A DNA stretch of 64,000 nucleotides from Botryllus schlosseri (taxonomy: Eukaryota): positions 10,728,001 through 10,792,000 of the forward strand of contig CM119371.1 of NCBI GenBank assembly GCA_051294905.1. Reading direction: 5' to 3'. The translations under genes and the position numbers were made by a program. This document shows, piece after piece, positions 61,669 to 64,000 of this stretch (the first letter of the stretch is position 1; the number at the start of each line of letters is the position of its first letter). Below the pieces are notes generated by a model that made no database searches, was not told the DNA's origin, and saw only the letters and a program-made list of their open reading frames with translations.

Positions 61669-64000
61669 ATAGAAACCCATTTTACACTCTGCTCAATATC
61701 AACGCAACAATACTTATAACGTACGTTTTGGTCGTTGCCTAGCCCAAACGATAGTTCATTATATTTACTTGGTTAGAGTTTTGGCTGTAACAATTTAGGC
61801 TTGTCGAGTATAGCTTGTCAACTCGAATTGAGAGTACCGCCTCACTTTCTTTGCTTCCGATAATCCGAGCCTACCACTGAGACCCGGTCAAATATAACTC
61901 AAACAATTACAGAATAGCATAACAAATTTACTACATAGAAATATCACATTAACGTCGAGGCAACAGTCACAGTAGCAACAGTTAACTCTCTAGTCTCTAA
62001 ACTTACAATCTAGTCAATAAAATACAATCACCTGAATGATGGCCCAAACTTATACAATACTTGAACATACAAATAATGCCAATTAGTACATTATATCCAT
62101 GAATCTGGTCGAACTTCAATGCTGATTCAATCATATTACAAGCAACAAAGCGACTAAATTTCAACAAGTGTCTATCAAGACACGAAGGGAAAATCTCCCC
62201 AGAGAGGGCACTATTGAACTGTGAGGCTCACAATCATTTGACCATTTTTCGTGTTACAATCCTCAGACGCCGAATACATTGTCCAGTCTGGCCTAGACCT
62301 TTAAGGCTTACGCTTATATTCCCTTGCAAGTCCTCGTCGAAATTGTTGGCAAAGCAAAGTAAGATATTGATTTTTTGGGATCATTTTATCATTTTGATTG
62401 CCCCAGTTGATACATTTAGCGACGTTTGAAACGTCTATATGTACTTCAGCATTGTGGCATTATGAGATCCGAGTTGTCGCTAGGTATCGTGTTCATTCAG
62501 GCTATCACTGCATTTAAATATCGGGTTGGAAGTGGCAATATGACGTCACGTGACGTCATGAGGTTCACGTTAGCGTTCACAGAGAACCCTTCAAAAAGGT
62601 TCGCCTTCACACGAACCTTAACCTTTCAGAGGTTCAGACCATCCTTAATCACAATCGAAAAAAATGTGAAATCGGGCGCTAAACCGAGATGGATACCAGA
62701 TTAAGAGACCGCAGCTGGTCGCTTCGGCATCCCTCAATCCGTTCATTACATCGCATTCAGTTTTGTATATATCATTTTACATTGTGTGTGTCTTGATCAG
62801 TTGAGAATATATATTCTGACGACCATAACCCACCCACATTATCCGGAGAGCAACCTGCACCCAAAGGATAATGGCGATATTGGATTAATTTTTTAAAATT
62901 TCAGTAATACAGTCAAATTGTTATTCCTATGCAATACATGGAGAAGTCAGATTACATAATTGCTGTAGATGAAAATTGGCAAGAGTTACAGAGCAGAGGT
63001 AGAGATGATTGAAAATGAAGAGTTTAAATTACAGAAATTATGCTGTGATTCACGCGCACAAGTGTAATTTTAGTCCAGTGGTGCATTCAAGGCCTTCCGA
63101 AGAATATGCACAATGCCCAATAACGTGATCTTTTGGATCATGTTGAATCGAACGTTATCATTATATTCTTTATTCCCAGTAAAAAATTGGTAAATGCACA
63201 CATAATCCGGGGAAATTTTATGATTTATTCAATCTTCAAAATAGTCTCATCGAGTCGCCAGATTAAATTTAACATCGACTTGTCACTGTGTCACCGCTGG
63301 AGTGGATTTAACCAAGTCAAATTTATAGACCCTAATGTGAAATAGCCTAAGGGATAATAGTGCACAAAAGTACAAAGGTAAAATACTCCAAGATGTGGAA
63401 ACCAAATGTAGTGACCAAATTCTTTTAGCAAGCTACTCAATGATTTTTTCCTCGATCCATAATATTAAAGGTTCTTTCAACAATTTTCTGTGAGCGCATA
63501 TTATGATTATGAATTTACCGGAAGAATATGCGTCGTCGTTTTCAGAAATGCCAATCACAATAGGTTTGTAGGTGTGGTGTGATTATTTGATTGACATGAT
63601 TTGATATGTAATGTTGTATGTATTTGCTAATTTGCATCTATCTGCTTTTAACGACAGACTAACGGAGATACGTTTCAATTATTCATATCCGTGGATCACT
63701 TGCAGTGCAGAATACTACAACCTAAATCTCATTGATTGCGATGTTTGGTGAGTAGGCTAACGTTTATGAAATCATTTGGCTTAGCCCACTAGATTGGCGA
63801 AATATGGTATCTGAGTTTCTGAAAAAAGGCTCTATTAGAAACCAGTAGGTGATCGGTGAAGAATCGTCAAATGCGGTGGTTCACTAACTGGGAGCGTGAA
63901 AGCATCTGAGCGGGGTCGCAAAGCCGCCCGAGAAAAATCATGTTCATGGCACTCGGAATAAGTTTCATTTGCACTGAAACTTTCAAGTTTAAGCGACGGC

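Noticed and set aside
61786..62258. Solo LTR (TGTAACA...TGTTACA, internal AATAAA)
   Set aside because: There is no 4-6 bp TSD and no second copy or internal retroelement sequence in the window.
170..63345. Most 60-150 aa ORFs in the supplied track
   Set aside because: They have no recognisable motifs, lie in MITEs or introns, or are antisense or overlapping shadows of real exons.

Overview
This is AT-rich, intron- and transposon-dense animal genomic DNA, not prokaryotic. An invertebrate chordate such as an ascidian is plausible from the gene content, but that is inference only. Most short ORFs in the track are spurious. Reading GT-AG exons by eye gives two spliced + strand host genes. (1) An intelectin-like gene (2102-33457, 5' end upstream of the window) whose lectin domain appears split by an insertion of about 330 aa in about 8 extra exons. 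(2) A secreted or cell-surface LDL-receptor class A repeat gene (42181 to at least 60117) built from tandem two-exon modules, with an apparent in-frame TGA. The introns hold an I-group (I/Nimb-like) LINE with an uninterrupted 1242-aa ORF nested in a deleted hAT element. They also hold a CACTA/EnSpm-like element carrying a spliced SAM-domain gene, CR1/L2 and I-group remnants, tRNA-derived SINEs, a foldback of about 470 bp, and over a dozen MITEs with readable TSDs. All protein-family calls are by-eye motif recognition; no database search was run.
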